Of a DNA stretch of 64,000 nt, positions 15,601 through 28,977 are shown in pieces. This stretch comes from Styela clava (lineage: Eukaryota): assembly GCF_964204865.1 (NCBI RefSeq), contig NC_135257.1:14074001-14138000 (forward strand), read 5' to 3'. The notes under the pieces are model-generated. The model was not told the origin of the DNA. It saw only the letters and a list, made by a program, of their open reading frames with translations, and searched no databases. The position numbers and the translations under genes were made by a program. Position 1 is the stretch's first letter; each line of letters starts with the position of its first letter.

Positions 15601-18600
15601 ATACTTTAGTGTTATCTCAACTAATTTATTATTATTTCAATCAAATTTATGTTTTAAAAATGTTCCAAAACGATTTCACTCAAACATTTTTTTTCATTAA
15701 GGTGTTTTTTCATTCTGGAGCAAATGGTCCGATTGCTCAAAAACATGTGGATCTGGAATTATGACCAGGTCTCGATCTTGTATTGGGGGAAGAGATTGTC
15801 GAGGTCCTAGAAATGAGAGACAAAGGTGCAACGTTGAAAGTTGTCCAAGTAAGCATAACAATAGTGCAATGAAATAAACCTATCAAGATCATAGAATCAG
15901 TTCAATATTAATTGTGTTTTTGACAATGTTCGACAACCACATTCGGTACTCCCGTAGTATGTGCAGCAAGATGGCGGACATCGGAACGTAGTATGTGTAG
16001 CAGGTTATGGTTAGGCCATAATATCAGGTACAAATACTACGGGAGTCACTTGGCGAGTCCACGAACTCGTAATAGAACTAGGATAAAAAAAAATTGGAAT
16101 ACAATTATGGCCCAACCCCAACCTGATACACATACTGTGTTTAGGTGTTTGCCAGCTTGTTGCATATACTACTGGAGCGCCCCAACTTCCATTCAATTGA
16201 CTTCGGTAAAATAAAATATGAGTTGACGTTGCTCGCTTTTTACGTAAATAACCGAACATTTCAATAAAGATAACGATTCTCATTTCCTTTATTTTATATA
16301 ATCGGATTTGCCTTACGTTCAATTTCCACGAACCACGAACTCGTAATAGAACTAGGATAAGGAAAATTGGAATACAATTATGGCCCAACCCTAACCTGAT
16401 ACACATACTGTGTTTGGGTGTTTGCCATCTTGTTGCACATACTACTGGAGCGCCCCACATTGTATGTTTACTTGATCTCGAAACTTCCATTCAATTGACT
16501 TCGGTAAAATAAAGTATGAGTTGACGTTGCTCGCTTTTTACGTAAATAACCGAACATTTCAATAAAGATAACGATTCTCATTTCTTTTATTTAATATAAT
16601 CGGATTTGCCTTACGCTTACTTCATTTGCGTGACTTCAATCATCAACTAAGGCTATTAACTTTTACGTTAATGTGTTATTTATTCTTCAGCGGTATATTT
16701 TTAGCTCTTCTAGAATCTGTTTATATAAATACTAATCTTTTTATCTTCAAAATAAATCAATCGGAAAGTTTCGACCAGATTGCAAGCTGAGTCATTCCTA
16801 CATTTGCGAAGAATATATTTTTAATATTATTTGATAATCCTGAAATCGCTCCAGAAATCCAGTATTATATTATTTTTTGAAGTTATGAAAACAAAGGATT
16901 TAAAGTCATTAGAATGAACTTTACAAACTAAAATGAAAACCACAGAAGACCACCGTGCTCATTTCATAGTATCCTTCAATTTCTTAAATGAAAAAATCGT
17001 GTTCCAATCACCATTTCATATAACAGGCTATGGCAAATGGTCGTCTTGGGGTCCTTGTGACGTCACATGTGGATCTGGCAATCGAATACGAACAAGGGTG
17101 TGTAGCTCGTCAAACGATGCCGATTGTGACGGGGAAAACACTGACGCTATGATTTGTTCTACACCGACATGTACAATATCGGGTAAGCACAGCAAAATGA
17201 TGAAGTAAAAAAATCGATTTACTCAGCATAATTAGTTTTTATTAGTCTCATACTTTGTTTACAAATAACCACTGACTAAACAATAACAGCACATCATTAA
17301 CTTTGGTTTAAATTTCATTTCCAGAATTTAGTTTTATTAATCGTGATTTAATCTCCAATATATTAAAAAGTTTTTTTCTATCGCACATGCTTTTTCGGCC
17401 AATTGCATTCTAGTAATCACGATACCTTAGATGTAATTCGACCAAAAATTAGGTGTGCGTTTGAATATCTTTCCAAAACCGTTTTATTACCTCTTCAAAT
17501 CGTTCCCATTTTTATTCCATAATTAAGATTCTTTATTACCATCTAGCGGTCACAATTAAGTGTTGTTTGTGATAAAAATAGTTTAAAAATATATCACCAA
17601 GAATGACACGATTTTTCTGTCCGTATGTAAGTGATTAAACTTGTGAATAGTAGATAGGCATCACATTTGACAACTAATTTGCGAAATTCTCTATTAAAAT
17701 AGTTATATTTATAATTCAATTCGTTTATTAGGACCTTTCGTTTATAATGATATTTGTGAAAAAGATCTTCAACTCAGCCGATATCTATTTAAAATGGTCA
17801 CAGAAGGTTTGGTTTGGATGGCGCATTCAACATAAAAACATACAATTTTTTCTATATATTCAGGTTGGAGTCCTTGGTCACCCTGGGGAAAATGCAGTGT
17901 ATCGTGTGGTGGAGGACAGAAGACAAGTACCAGAATATGTAATGTTGGAAACTCGGGGCCAAAATCTTGTATTGGAGATACCAATCGAATTAGATCGTGT
18001 AGAATGCAAAAATGTCCAGGTAATAATTGCTCATGAAGATTTTGGCCATATTTTTTCTGAATTTTTAAAGTAAATCGCAACAAATAATCCTATCTTTCTA
18101 CTAAATTTGACGTTTGTGATTTGATTGTATCCATCGTGTGATACAAAACTAAGGTATTACTTACCATAATGCAAACAATCACTAATTTCAGTTTATTCAA
18201 AATTATAATCAATATGTTTAATGTGTCATTTTTACAAGTTTAAGTTCTAAATATTGCAATTCCATTTCAGAACTTTCAAACTGGTCGAGTTGGTCCAGTT
18301 GTGATGCAACGTGTGATGAAGGTACAAAGTCTCGTTCTAGAATATGCGAGAACGGTCCAGGTTGTGTTGGAGGCACGGTGGATACCATAATTTGCAAGAT
18401 GACGGAGTGCACAAAATCAAGTAAATTTAATGATTTTTGTAATTTACGTATATAATGTAGGCCAATGTAGGTCTTTTCATTTGATGTTATCGGTATTTTC
18501 ACGATTACATAATGCTGTATCGAGTAAATCGCTAATATACAGCAATACTATTTAAAGTAAGCTATATAGATTTCGCGTTACAGTGCCCAGACATTGACTG

Positions 18601-19532
18601 ACCTACATCAACCACTCCATTCGTGTTTAAAAAATTTGATCAGCAAGCGAGACCGTGAAATTTGGATTATTCTAAACTCAGCAACCACCAACCTACCATA
18701 AGAATGGTGGCAGAGAAACTAAGCACTTTAAAAAATACTTGTAAAGTCTGTTGTAGAAACCGTATATATTGGTAAGCAAATGATTGGAAAGCAAGTGGCC
18801 AAAAGTTTTAGCACAACATAGCGGTGGTGTATAATCTACTCATATGTAATGAGTTCAACATTTATTATATATAGGTTACGCGACCACTTTTTTTCGAGTG
18901 CATTCATCAATCTACGTGATTCTTATAAATAGCATTGCCAGTGATAATTTAATGAATATTTGTAAAAAAGTACAAATGTTTTGTATTTATATGGTCCATT
19001 ATACGTGGAGATATCGCCATTTTCATGCGTTATATTTTTGCTTAGGGTGGGATAAATGGACTGAATGGACTTCTTGTTCAACAACTTGTGGCGAAGGAAG
19101 TAAATCAAGAAAAAGAGTGTGTATAACTGGTAATGAAGGACCTCCATGTGTTGGTGAAAATAATGCTGTAACACGATGTGAAATGAAACAATGTCAAGGT
19201 AAGCGTTTCATCCCACATGTGTCAGTCTTCGCTGGTTATCGAAAACTAAACTAACGAAAAAAGCACCATCTATAAATAAATGCATGGAATATTCAAAACG
19301 ACTTATATATTACCACAATAGTCCTTTTCTGATAATTTTAAAAATTTCAAAACTGTCTGTTTTTGTAGATAAAACAAACGAAAAGGACCCTGCCAACGAA
19401 CGTGGAAAGGACAGCTCCTCGGCTGGACAAGATGAAAAGGGAGACGGCGGGGCTTGTGGAGTATTGCCTTCAAAGATACAAATTATGCTTTTTTCCACTA
19501 TCACATTCCTTTTGTATTCATTATTTGGATAG
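3694..19532 (+). CDS. Secreted, probably GPI-anchored CAP/SCP (GLIPR1/CRISP-like) domain protein with 9 thrombospondin type-1 repeats; 16 exons, ~776 aa
   Basis: Exons 3694-3785, 4303-4403, 6903-7054, 7830-8006, 8080-8210, 10930-11030, 11211-11408, 11944-12087, 13042-13200, 15020-15169, 15702-15848, 17027-17182, 17864-18019, 18271-18420, 19046-19198, 19369-19532; all GT-AG and phase-compatible (2331 nt). Signal peptide [23 protein letters not shown] motifs [53 protein letters not shown]; hinge CTDC-C-NLC. Nine repeats of (W)xxW-C-x-(T/S)C-G-R-R-C type. Tail GDGGACG...[16 protein letters not shown]. Confidence 0.9.
5186..5423. mobile_element. Foldback MITE (~240 bp) with ~80 bp imperfect TIRs containing GGTTAGGGTTAGG
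   Basis: Left GGGTGCTCCCGAAGTATGCGAACCAAGATGGCG...GGTTAGGGTTAGG; right CCTAACCCTAACC...CGCCATCTTGGTTCGCATACTTCGGGAGCCCC; AATTTT on both flanks (candidate 6-bp TSD). Confidence 0.85.
6035..6087. mobile_element. Internally deleted copy of the same foldback MITE
   Basis: AGGTGCTCCCGAAGTA...CGCCATCTTGGTACACATACTTCGGAAGCTCC. Confidence 0.7.
8302..8394. mobile_element. Small palindromic MITE-like element with internal 9-bp repeats (GTCCCACGT)
   Basis: CGGTATATCGAAAATGTTGTGTTCC at the left versus GGGACACGGCATTTTTGAGACACCCG at the right are imperfect inverted repeats; the internal 9-mers occur in both orientations. Confidence 0.55.
10086..10198. mobile_element. Short copy of the foldback MITE
   Basis: GGGTGCTCTCATACTATGTGTACCAAGATGGCGCACAACCTG...GTTAGGGTTATCAGGTTGTGCGCCATCTTGGTACACA...GGAGAGCC. 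Confidence 0.75.
15944..16182. mobile_element. Full-length copy of the foldback MITE (opposite orientation to 5186)
   Basis: CGGTACTCCCGTAGTATGTGCAGCAAGATGGCGGACATCGGAACG...GGTTATGGTTAGG...CCCAACCCCAACC...CTGGAGCGCCC. Confidence 0.8.
16059..16615 (+). repeat. Near-identical tandem duplication (~260-280 bp units 16059-16317 and 16333-16615) including the right half of the MITE plus flank
   Basis: Both units start CCACGAACTCGTAATAGAACTAGGATAA and end ATCGGATTTGCCTTACG. Confidence 0.9.
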
Positions 19533-21816
19533 GCCATGAGACGGACCTGTATGAGATCTGTGTCACAAGCATATTTAGATAAGATGAAGAGTCGAGAGTT
19601 TATAGCTACGAATAACAGAATTAGATTACCAGTTGTAAAAAATTGATTAAACTTTTACTGAAGAGTTATTTTTAACGCTAAGGTATCAATTATTAGTAAT
19701 ATCTGGCAAGTCTTTCCTGTAATTGAATGAATAGAAAGTCTATCCAGACAACCATGACTGAGCTGCAGACAAAAATTAAAACATTTTGTTAATATAGTGA
19801 AACTGTTTTTGTTTCTGTTACCAACTTATCTGCTATCGTTTATTTATTTTTTCATTATGCAGTATAGTTAATTTTCTTCAAAACTAGTATTGTGCGATAA
19901 TATTATTTTCATTTATTTAATTACGTGTCATCGATACTTCATTTCATAATTATTGAGATTTAAACATGTTCACTGTAAATATTTTTATTCTTCAAAGTAC
20001 TATTTGCAACTTTTCTTCATTATTTAACTGATGACAATCACATTGCAATGATAAATTTATTTCTTTATTTCACTCAGCTAAAACTTCTGTCGGTCAAACT
20101 TTTGAATTTTGGGGGGATGGAACAGGGCAGAAACGTATACTACAGATTCTATGCTAAGAAAAATTTCCGTGCATACATACGAATAATAATCGGAATTTTG
20201 ACGGACCACGTTCTAACTTTATACTGTCACAACACCACGATGATATTTGATATTATTATATACATAAGAGTACATATATAGGCATCAGTTTGACTTAGAT
20301 ACTTTTATATTATAAATCACTAGCGGGAGAATATAGAACATGTTTATGTAGGTCAAATTTCTGTATTATTTCTCAGTTATTTCCACTTAGACAAAGTGAT
20401 ATTGTGCGGCTATCGAGCGAAGAACAAAGTTGAGAAACAAAATCCAATTATGTCCACACCACGTCTCGAAACTTTGTAAACCTAAGTTTACATATCAGGC
20501 AATGAAAGTGGCAATCCAAGAGCTTACGTACCATATTTTAGCTCAGAAATTAATTGTTACAGAACATCTGCTAAAAGGCGGATTGAATAGTGAAAACCTG
20601 TATCGAAATGTATAGTATGTATGAGAAATCCTTCTATTGGAGTATTAAACACTAAACTCAATTATTATCCAGTATCCAAATATTTTATCCATTAAAAACT
20701 ATGAATTCAATCTATGAGAAACTCAACCACGAAACCGTTCGTAAAAGTTCGCCGATGTACACCTTTAAGCCATTGGAAGAAAACATGTGTTATCAGAATA
20801 TCGTCTTTCCTCTATAACTCGGACCTTCATTATTTCTCGTATTGATCCAACAATTTTTCAATAACGGCATTCAACATCAAATTATTTCAACAAAGAGATT
20901 ATCAATGTGTATCGCTATATCTGTATGTGCCTTTTCTGAATATAAAATCAGTTCTAAAGACAACAAGATTAAGTCTTTGCAATGTACTCCAATGTCGTGC
21001 GACTGGACGGAACACGATATGGCATAATGAGTAATTCGATACCTTGATACAAAAGTAGTTTACAGTATATTTCTGCTGGCTATCCACCTTGATGGATGAA
21101 ATGATATGGAAGGGTATTTTGCAGCGTACTTTTCAAGAATTTTTCATTTTAACAATAACGATACCACGATGTTATTATGTTGGCCAATAGTTAAGTTCTG
21201 GATACGAACGAGTTTTAAAACTTTCAAAGTACTATTATTGGTGTTTCAAACACTTCGGCAGTAATCGAATTTTAAACAATTATCAACAATATGCGTTTAT
21301 TATAACGTTTTAAATAAACTTTTATAAATTCTACGCTAGTTTTCAACTGAAGCTTTGTAAAACTTGGTTTACAAGAACTTACTACATTTCGTAAAAATAG
21401 TAAAAATGTTTTAGACTATTTATAGCCTGAATCGCCAACTCATTGGAATGTTCAACCATGGTAATGTTGTTATTTTAAGTCTTTGGCATGAGTCGAAGAT
21501 AATCGGTGACTCAACCATATTTGGCTCTGCACAAAATAAAAAAAATATTTCAGAATAGCACCCCGATCTAGAAATGCTTGAGTAAAATGCACCGATGCAT
21601 TTCGTTGGGTCAAGTCACCAGTCACGCGATGCCAATCACTGAAAGGTCGACGTAACATTCACATAACAACACGTAGTTATAGAATGAAAATTTTTTGCAA
21701 TTCAGAAAAGTATATCAGCACATTACTGAATACGGATGTTTTGAATAAAAGAGTATATATATGTTAATATGAAACAGTTATAATAGCTGAATACGAATAT
21801 ATATATATACAAAATC

Positions 21817-24800
21817 ATGGCTGCTGAACAGTATTTTCTCGTAGCGGGAGATTACGCTGTCTTTGGTGTTATGTTAGCTGTGTCACTGGCAATTGGAATA
21901 TATTACAGCATAAAAGATAGAGGAAAAAAAAATAGCGTTCAAAATTATTTGATGGCTGGCAGGTGAGTAGAAACCTCATCATTTGTCGTTGAAATATAAA
22001 TTAAAAACTGTAACTATGACTACTCAATTGGTTTTTAATATTTGTGAAATTTTATGGCAATAAAGAAGAATTAATAAAGTTTTCGAATTTAAAACTTTAT
22101 TATTTATATACAAATTATCATGTTACGTTTAGAAAAATGAATGTGTTTGCTGTCGGCTTCTCACTCAGTTTTACATTTTTATCAGCCAGTGCGGTTCTTG
22201 GAATTCCAGCGGATGTTTACCTCTTTGGTACAATGTTTTTTTGGTATGACTGGTTGCTTCTATTTTAGACAAACATTTCGCTTTGAGGGAATATATTTTT
22301 GCCTCGTTCATTCATTTTTTTATATTTATACTACTCATATATATATATATATACGAGATATGGCTATCGCATTGTCTTTTTCCAAATATTTTTCAAATCA
22401 CTAAAAAATGAGTTTAATAAGAAACTGACGTTAATGTCGACTTATTTATATCTGAATTATACCTTGTGCTCATTTTGTGGGATCTCTTATGCCACTGTTG
22501 ACTACCAAATAAGTTTATTGAAATTTATTGTTTTCCTATTGGTGAATTTTGGTTTTTAAATTCAATCTTATTTTACAGGGTGTTAATAACCCCATTTATC
22601 TTGATGGTAGTCGTTACTCAAATCTACATTCCATTATATTTTCGACTGAATATTACAAGTAGTTACGAGGTAGGTTTTTTGTACTTAACTTTAAAGTTGC
22701 ACTAGAATAAATAACTTGATTTTACAATTAGTTTCTATATCAATATAAGAAAATTAACCAATGGTCTATTGTTTTCGTCCAGGTAACGTGAATCAACACT
22801 AATAGTAAAATGAAAAATATCAACATTAAAATATTTTCTCCCTCAAAAACGGCCAAGCCTGACAGGAAATAATACAAAAGTTATTAAAATTAGTTGCAGT
22901 CTCGCTCTTGAAAACATTTTCAAGTTTTATTTACGAATAGTTTTATTGATCTGCATTTGGGCTAAATGTCAAGCCTAAAGTCTATGACATGAAATTTGGA
23001 AAAAATTTCATGTTATGAAAATACAGTAATTCAGTACAAATACAGTAATTTTCTAACTAATTTTGACAACAATCCCATATTTGTTTTATTACAACAATAT
23101 TTTATTGCCTCTCTCTTCAGCCACTGGACCAAATTGCCTTCTCAGTGGCTCAGCTTGTTGTTGTGCTAGAAGACTATTACTTTTGTTTATTTCAAAAATA
23201 TCTGGGGGCTCTATGAGATTCGTTTTTTGCCTCGAAGTTTTCTTTGATGACATCATCAAAATTAAAAATGGCGTGCCGTGGTTCCGTGTTCACATCTCAG
23301 TGATCTGGTTGTCAGACTATACCGGCACTGTAGAAGAAATGATACTACCTCGTTTTCGCCTTTGTGTCCGTATATTTAAGCATTGCTCACCTGTTGTGAA
23401 TGATTGCAACCCGATGAACCGCGTGGGTTTCTAATTTTAGTCTTCTCTCTGCGCTAATGATCCTATGCCGTTAATTAGCAACTATTCCTAGCAGCTTCGA
23501 TGAGAAATTTCTCCGGTATGTTGTTTTGTTCACTGAAAGCACTTTTTGATTTCACAGTATCTTGAGCTCCGATTCAGTTACCCAGTTCGGTTACTTGGAA
23601 CACTGGGTTACATTGCTCAGAATGCAGTATATATAGGTGTAATGATATACGCCCCAGCTCTAGCCTTTGCTCAAGGTAAGAATAATTTCATGTTGTGTTA
23701 AAAAATCTTTAAAATGAATATATGAGCAATGAGTGGCCTCATATTACCGTGATGAATATTTAATAAATATTGGTAAAATTCGTGTATTTTGTGCTAACTT
23801 GTATAAATATCAATAATATAAACTAATTACGGTACTTTTCATATATAGTTTCAGGAATGAATTTGTGGGCAGCAATATTTACTATTGGAATTGTTTGCAC
23901 CATTTATACAACATTGGTAAGGATTTCTTTATGAGAAATATTCTTCATTTAATTTTACAAACTTTTGGGCTAAGTATCACGCAACCTAATTTACATTAGC
24001 CCATACACGTAGGTCCAATGAAATAATGAAATGATTGGTTTGTGTCCTCACAGCAGAAAGCCACATACAATTACATATTTTTCAAGATTCAATTTGATTC
24101 TGAAATCATCAGATATTCGAAAATGCCCAGGTGTACTGAAAGGCATAACTTCGGACACGCGAAAACCACCGAGAATTATATTTGCAACCATAAATATTTT
24201 AATTCGTATACTTTGACAATCACATTCTTACGAAATTCCATATATCCTCTCCTATCAGTCTTATCTTATAATTCGCCTAATTTGACCCAATTTTATTCAC
24301 AGACAACAACTAATAGTTCTTTATACTGTATATATATATTTTATCTATTCCAGGGTGGTTTGAAAGCTGTAATTTGGACAGATGTGTTTCAAGGAGCTGT
24401 TGTCATTGTCGTGCTAATCGTTACATTGTTTATGAGTGCAGACAGTATTGGAGGTTGGCATGAAGTATGGCGCATAAATCATGACACAAATCGTTTTGTG
24501 TTCAATGAGTGAGTTTCCTTTTTTCATTGTCTCATCTTTCTATTCATATCTCTCGTCGTTTGCTTCTCTCACTTATTGTTTTCAACTTCAATGACTATCT
24601 TTCATCTCCTTTCTTACTAAATTTTGAATCTTCTTGCCTAAGAGGGCATGATTACATGTCTTGGGCGCCTACAGACTTGTTACATTTTTAATGACTCTCG
24701 ACTTATCTGCTCTCATTATTTACAGTTTCGACTTCGATCCCAGAATTCGTCATACGTTCTGGAATTTAATAATTGGATTGACCTTTCTCTGGGGAAGTAT

Positions 24801-27800
24801 GTATGCAACCACGCAGTCACAAGTTCAACGTTACTTGGCTTGTTCATCACCAAGAAAAGCAAATCAGTAAGCAGATAATATAAACACTAGTTAATGAAAT
24901 AACTTCGTTCCTTCTCGTCTTTCTAATACTAAGCGTTTTTTTTTATAAAATCTTGTTTTTTTTCTTTTTTATGCATAAATTTGGTGATCGCTGTTAGTAT
25001 AAAAAGAGAAATCAACCATTCTATATGTTATGACGCAAGAAAGCAATACTTATATCAAATTTCTTTCTGCTGAAGAGTGGTGAAGAAAAATTAGTTACGA
25101 CTGTAAGAGACATACAATAGTAAAGAATTCATATAAAAAAATCATTTCTATTTTGTATTTTCAGAGCTTTGGTTTTTTCAATGCTTCTCATTGCGTTGTC
25201 TCTTCTCCTTTGTTTACTCATCGGATTAGTAACTTACGCCTACTTTCACAATTGTGACCCTTTGATGACTAGGGAAGTATCTTCAGCAGACCAGGTATTC
25301 TTTTCTTCAAAACGTGAAAAGCCTAGCAAATCTATATAAATGCCGGATAATTTTAGGCTAATCTAATCCAAGCAGTCACTTAAAACACAGTCCGGAAAAT
25401 AAGTTCGACGCATATCTAAATACTTTATGATCTACCGAAAGTATAGTTTTACATCTTGTATAATATGATAACTATTTCAAAAATGAGAACTATCACTGTG
25501 TGATAAAAAGTTTTGTGTACTACTTTTAATCCGAAAAATGAGTATACATTGGCACATATAATTCTTTTCTTTTGCATACCTAATTTTAGTTGGTTCCACT
25601 CATGGTTTTACGAATATTCCGCAATCAACCTGGACTTTCCGGCGCATTTTTAGCAGCTGTATTTGCAGGATCCTTAAGGTATCGTATTGCATTGATGTTC
25701 CGATGGATATTATCTTGTAAGATGATATTCATGTGGCACTTATTGATATATAAATTGTGGCTTTATTCGAAGAAAACTGTCCAAGTCTTTGCTGTTTCAG
25801 CTTTTCGAATATTCATTTTTTTTAAACCGCTATTTCACGGTTCAAGCAAAACCTGTTACTCCTACTCGCCTGAATTGTGAACCCAAATGCAAACTATGGG
25901 CGAATCAGAACCTTCTGCAAGCATGGTATTTGTATGGGACCAGACTGTTGTGAAAGCAATCTATTTTCCATTTATACACACTTCAATAAAACACGCCAGC
26001 AGTAGAGAGTATTTATTCAATAATCTCATATAAATATATAAAAAAAAAGGTTAGCATTTGAAGACTATTAGTTCGAAAGTTTGTGTGTATGCTATACTTA
26101 AATTGTCCCAGATTATGTATAGTTGTGGGATTGAATAAGTCGACCGGTATTAGGGAACTGGGTCGTGCGGTCACAGTAATTATAGGATTACAATGTATTT
26201 AAAATATATGTAACTATTCATTTCATCTGCAGTACTGTCTCTTCTGGTATTAATGCAATGGCATGTGTTACGTCGGAAGATTTTATTCGACCGTTTGTAA
26301 AATGGAGTGATCGCACCATGACTATTCTCGCAAAAGGTATATACGCCATATATGAGAAGAGACAAAATAAAAGTTTTGCACTCTCATATTCTTAAAAATT
26401 TTTACACCTAATTTTTATTTTTCAATCCTGCTTTTCCTCCACCCTTTTCTCATTATCATCTCACAAAATTACTATATTCAATTGTTGAATTCTAAAAAGA
26501 TTCCTTTTTTCTATTTCAGTTCTGGTACTTTTGTATGGCCTTTTAACTATTGGCTTTGCATGTCTCTCGAGTATTCTTGGCAACGTATTACAAACTACAC
26601 TGACGTTACTTGCTGTTATAGGAGGCCCAACTTTGGGAATATATACTCTTGGAATAGTGTTTCCGCCAGCAAATTCATATGTAAGCAATTTTTCTTATTT
26701 ACAAATCGACAAAAGAAATGTTATTACTTTTTTTTCGAAGTTCCTAATGTGAACTAAGTGACTTTCTTTTCATATGTTTTGAATATTGTTCGGCAATCAC
26801 GGGGTCGTGGCCTGGTGCAAGTTTGGCACTTCGCCTGGCACTTCGCCAGGTAAAATCTTTTGAATCAGTTTTTATCGCTAGACACAATTTCTGCAAAACG
26901 TTTATATAAAATATGATTGTGTAATATTCCATGGCGAATCTGACGTCCGGGACGCAAAGCTCACAACACGTGAAAACAATCACCAATATGACACATATTG
27001 TGGGTGTTTTTGTGTTGAATAACACCAAAATACAAAAACCGTCTTTTTGTGGAATTTCAATCGCAAGGTTCTCATTGCCGAATAAAAATATGCTAAAATA
27101 ATATTATTAGCCGAAGATCAGCAGTTTGTTTGACGACGGCCGGTCCGCGAAAAAAGTCTGTTCCAAACCTCTCCGCAATTAAAGAAAAGGTTGCTGGCAT
27201 CAATGTTGAAAAGTGTGATGTATAATACAATGTTGTTCGTTAATTCTCATAACAGGGATCGTTTTCTGGATTCGTTGTTGGCCTGGCAATAATAACATGG
27301 ATCTATGCTGGAAGTCAACGTTATCGTCTACCTGTTCAGTTTCTAAAGCCTAAATATCGTAGTGTATCAGGTTGCCCAGTTCCGGTTACCGATTTATTAA
27401 TCAATTCTACAATGGAAATGATGACATCGATACCGGTCACATCCGAAATGGAGGTATTTAATACAACTGCGGTTCCTCAGCTTCCAGGACCTGAACCACG
27501 ACCACCACTGGCAGATTTTTACTCCGTCTCTTACACTTCCTACGCTCCAATCGGATTCGGAATAACTTTAGTGGTTGGTCTTATAATAAGTTTGTTAACA
27601 GGTAAGCTTGATATCATAGTAATACTGCAGTAATATAATATAAATGTTAAGGATCAATTTATCAAATGATCATGCCGGGTTTCGTCGGTCGAACTGTTTT
27701 GTGATTTTTATTTTTTTAGGTGGACACAAAAACGTGAAGCATGTCGATCCGAAGTTGATTGTACCTTTGTTCGATCACCCTATACTGAAGTCATGTTTAC

Positions 27801-28277
27801 CAGAATCTTTCAGAAAGATGATGTGGTGTGGAGTGGATCATGATAAAGTAGACGATAAAACAGTAAGATAATAATATAACTAATATAAATAAGCACCAAT
27901 ATGCGATTTCAAGAATCAACCCATTTTAAGCTTATATCGAATATCACCCAATATTCGTAAGTACTAGGTAACGACTCAAAGCTGATGAAAAAAGAAATTG
28001 AATGTTGATTGCTTAGTACAAATTTGATTGTTCTTAAGAACCTCTAGACGTTCCAGATATGAATATGTTTAGACAGTTTTTTATAGAAAAAAATTCAGTT
28101 AAATCTCGTAGTCGTTATATATTTATTTTAGCTTAACAAATTTGAATATAAAAAGGTAACACAAGTTCTTTTAAAAAATTCTTTTTTTAGGATCGCATTC
28201 CTGCCAATGATATTTTAAAACATAAAAACTGTCAAGAAAATCCTACATTTGAAGCACAAGACGAGTTGAAAGTATAA
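21817..28277 (+). CDS. SLC5 sodium:solute symporter (SMVT/NIS/SMCT-like), paralog A; 14 exons, ~629 aa
   Basis: Exons 21817-21962, 22133-22243, 22579-22669, 23558-23675, 23849-23916, 24354-24508, 24726-24866, 25165-25294, 25590-25678, 26233-26336, 26520-26680, 27256-27601, 27720-27862, 28191-28277. Motifs [108 protein letters not shown]-terminal ENPTF. Confidence 0.93.
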
Positions 28278-28977
28278 AATTGCACATTACGGATTCGTCT
28301 CTTCAACCTTTTTACAAGCATTTTTTCATTTCTGATGTATTGTAATTTATTCAGTTATCACTACAGAATGAAACGCTAAAATGTACTAACACTACAAAAT
28401 ACCAAATACTAAAACTAGACCATATAAATTATAACCATATTTCGCTATAGTTCTATATGTTCTATATAGTATAATACGGTTGCGCTTTAATGATTGGTTT
28501 TCGGTATATTTGCTTTCAAGTATATATATATATGAAACGTTATTATGTACAAAATAAACTAATTGAATAAACTGTTTCTAAATTACAGCTATAATATGTA
28601 TATAAAATAAATGCTACGTTGATAAGGAACTACTTTACATATATTTGGTTTGCTCTATCCAAAAATAACGCATCGACATCTAAACCGGAAAGTATTTAAA
28701 TGTGCGCTATGCGTAAAAAATTCTGGTTAAAACGTACCGGTTTTTCTGTTGGATATTTGTCTAGCAACAGGTAAATTTATTCAATATCATCATCAATATT
28801 CAAACTAACTATTGTAATGCGGACAAATCACATCAGTGTCAGAGTGTGATTTGCGTAATGGCCAACTGCACTGAGATTAATTAAATTATAATATCCATTA
28901 AAGCTATGCGGGTCAAAGAAAGGATGTTCCAATAAAAATAGCTGTAGTAATACTCTTCGGAGAACGTTTATCTGGAT

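Noticed and set aside
23063-23510. Coding-like GC-richer stretch in intron 3 of paralog A (antisense ...[16 protein letters not shown])
   Set aside because: Could be a decayed LINE fragment, but no convincing motif, ends or splice fit were found.
26800-27210. Possible old hAT remnant (CCGGTCCGCGAAAAAAGTCTGTTCC...AAAAGGTTGCTGG)
   Set aside because: No matching TIR pair or TSD could be defined.
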